In this document: positions 19,619-21,903 of the stretch, piece after piece
Numbering within the stretch: position 1 is the first letter of the stretch
Layout: every line of letters starts with the position of its first letter
DNA from: Octopus sinensis
Taxonomy: Eukaryota
Direction of reading: 5' to 3'
Assembly: GCF_006345805.1 (NCBI RefSeq)
Contig: NW_021836986.1
Coordinates: 1-21,903 of the forward strand
Length of the DNA stretch: 21,903 nt
Position numbers and translations under genes: made by a program
Notes under the pieces: generated by a model
Database searches by the model: none
What the model was told of the DNA's origin: nothing
What the model saw: the letters and a program-made list of their open reading frames with translations, nothing else

Positions 19619-20314
19619 ATAATATATATATATATATAGCACAACAACATAAAATAATATGATGATGATGATAATAATAATAAGGGTCATTACGAAGTTA
19701 CAGAGCATTACCTTCAATTCTTTTCATATATGTACAGCTTACACAGACCTACACTTGTTTCAACTGCACTAATTAGTAACTAATGCATTTGCAGCCTTTC
19801 TATAACAGCAGTACAGTTTCTTCAGGGTCTTTACTGAAACTAATCTTGAAGAGAGATGCCATGTCCTTGATGAGGTCGTGAATAGTGACAAAAGGACTTT
19901 CACGAATAAACCGATTGATTGTTTAATCAGTACATTATACAAACGATCGATTAGCTAGTTGGTTAGATATTTAACCAAGTGACAAACAAAAAGAAGTAAT
20001 ACAGAACCAGTGCGTTTGTTATTATTATTGGCGTAATGACCCTCTCTGACACAGCGTTATTTTTTAAAAACTGTCATGTAATTCTAAAAACGGAACAAAT
20101 CAATGAAGTATTCTTTCGGGAGAAGGGAATATTGCTTTCAAGCCCGAGAAAAATCCCGAAAAGTCTGGACGTGATGGGAAAAGACTGGAAAGCGCAGCTG
20201 AACAGTTTTGAAATAAGATTTTGGCTAAGGTTAGTATAATGCTGCGGATAAACCCCTTTGTAGAATCTTATTCTTGCCAATGTAAATTGTTACGAGACTA
20301 TAATTACCGAGTAC

Positions 20315-20734
20315 CGTTTCTTATTTCTTTATTGTCCACAGGGGCTAAACATAGAGGGGACAAACAAGGACAGACAAAGGGATTAAGTCGATTACATCGA
20401 CCCTAGTGTCTAACTGGTACTTAATTTATCGACCCCGAAAGGATGAAAGGCAAAGTCGACCTCGGCGGAATTTGAACTCAGAACGTAACGGCAAACGAAA
20501 TACCTGTTTCTTTACTATCCACAAGGGGCTAAACACAGAGAGGACAAACAAGGACAGAAAAACGGATTAAGTCGATTACTTCAACCCCAGTGCATAACTG
20601 GTACTTATTTATACGACCCCGAAAGGACGAAAGGCAAAGTCGACTTCGGCGGAATTTGAACTCAGAACGTAGCGGCAGACGAAATACCGCTAAGCATTTC
20701 GCCCGGCAATGCTAACGTTTCTGCCAGCTCGCCG
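20315..20734 (-). mobile_element. SINE family C dimer plus 7-nt start of a third unit
   Basis: Units at 20322-20504 and 20505-20734, with junctions matching those at 10922/10923 and 11106/11107. Confidence 0.9.
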
Positions 20735-20986
20735 TATCTAACTACCGTAATTAGCTGCCTTCCATTGCTCACAATACAAATCAACAAGGGAATCTTTGTG
20801 TCGTTGCTCTACCTGCTAGAAATAGCAACCAAGTTTTACCCTAGAGTTTTATTTAAGAGACTCTGCCATCTGAAACATGATTATTCATTTCGAAGAAATA
20901 TATTTTATACGATGTCATGCAAGAAACATCAGTCGTGTAATGTGGTGAAGATGCATTGTATATGAAACACAAATGCTCGTGTGCAC

Positions 20987-20990
20987 ACAG

Positions 20991-21039
<49 letters not shown>

Positions 21040-21056
21040 ACAAACACACACACACA
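20987..21056. repeat. (AC)n microsatellite
   Basis: Directly visible. Another (AC)n lies at 10640-10682. Confidence 0.95.
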
Positions 21057-21322
21057 CGATATGGTTACGACTGGAAAACTTTTCAATCACAGGTTTGCTT
21101 AAAAACAGCCAAAATTCTGGACCAGCAACAGCGACAATACACAGCCTACCATCACAAACTACCGTCACTGTTTTACTATAAATGGCTTCCATCACTAGGC
21201 GACCATCACTATACTACTATTAACAGTTTACAAACGTAGCTAACACAACTTACCTAAACCATCACTAGTTAGCTACCATTACTTGCTTACACCGACACTC
21301 GCTGCTACCATTACTAGCCTGT

Positions 21323-21669
21323 GGAAGCACTCGGTCGGTTACGACGATGAGGGTTCCGGTTGATCCGAATCACGTAAACAGCCTGCTCGTGAATTAATTC
21401 GTGCAAGTGGCTGAGCACATCCACAGCACGTGTACCTTAACATAGTTCTCGAGGATATTCAGCGTGACACAGAGAGTGACAAGGCCGGCCCTTTGAAATA
21501 CAGGTACAACAGAAACAGGAAGTAAGACTGAGAGAAAATTGTGGTGAAAGAGTACAGCAGCTTTAGGTGTTTTCGCTCAATAAACACTCACAACCCCCGG
21601 TCTGGGAATCGAAACTGCGATACTATGACCGCGAGTCCGCTGCCCTAACCACTGGGCAATTGCGCCTCC
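21323..21669 (-). mobile_element. tRNA-derived SINE family D with 10-bp target-site duplication
   Basis: Minus head GTGGAGGCGCAATTGCCCAGTGG (A-box) and GTTTCGATTCC (B-box). TSD ACTAGCCTGT is at 21313-21322 and 21670-21679. Confidence 0.85.
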
Positions 21670-21903
21670 ACTAGCCTGTACTACACTAGCTACAAACATT
21701 CCCAGGCTAAATCAACACTGTACTACCATTATTAGTAACTGGTATCGTCACCAGCATGCCAGGCAGTTCTGGTCACCGTCTTCAAATGATAACAAACAAC
21801 ATTTGTTTTCCAAGTTTGACAGAGTCTCTATTATGAATGCGACTGGCCTTATCCTATAATCTGTTGACACATCCAATAAACAGCATAAAATGTACACAAG
21901 AAC

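Noticed and set aside
19795-19881. Possible exon after CTAATGCATTTGCAG (PFYNSSTVSSGSLLKLILKRDAMSLMRS*)
   Set aside because: Poor pyrimidine tract, weak donor and short frame; not distinguishable from chance.
21340-21375. ACGATGAGGGTTCC..GATCCGAATC hammerhead-like string
   Set aside because: It has two core mismatches, is antisense to SINE D, and has no stem I.
21595-21671. tRNA genes at the SINE heads (also 610-686, 9700-9769, 15490-15555)
   Set aside because: A and B boxes are present but there is no complete cloverleaf, and each continues into a SINE body.

Overview
Eukaryotic, AT-rich, repeat-dense genomic DNA with no prokaryotic gene architecture and no CRISPR array. The SINE families resemble ones I recall from Octopus/cephalopods, so the host assignment is by recognition only, not a database search. 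Nearly all ORF-track entries are microsatellite or antisense artefacts. Supported content: a 5'-truncated CR1/L2-group LINE (4534-7463, minus); a decayed Tc1 element with both TIRs (2802-3989); an internally deleted mariner (14106-14672); many tRNA-derived SINEs in at least four families, several nested or multimeric; two TA-flanked hairpin elements; long di- and tri-nucleotide arrays; and one plausible host coding exon (11725-11881, plus). The most notable signal is a (TA)n-embedded cluster at 7472-9280. It contains a canonical type I hammerhead ribozyme (7747-7842, minus) inside a circularly permuted 532-bp unit joined to an inverted partial copy, and a second, minimal Penelope-type hammerhead (9173-9207, minus). 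This looks like a retrozyme / Penelope pseudo-LTR system. Also notable: the LINE and SINE family A share a 3' two-hairpin tail with structure-preserving substitutions, and SINE family C occurs as a fixed-junction multimer at two loci.
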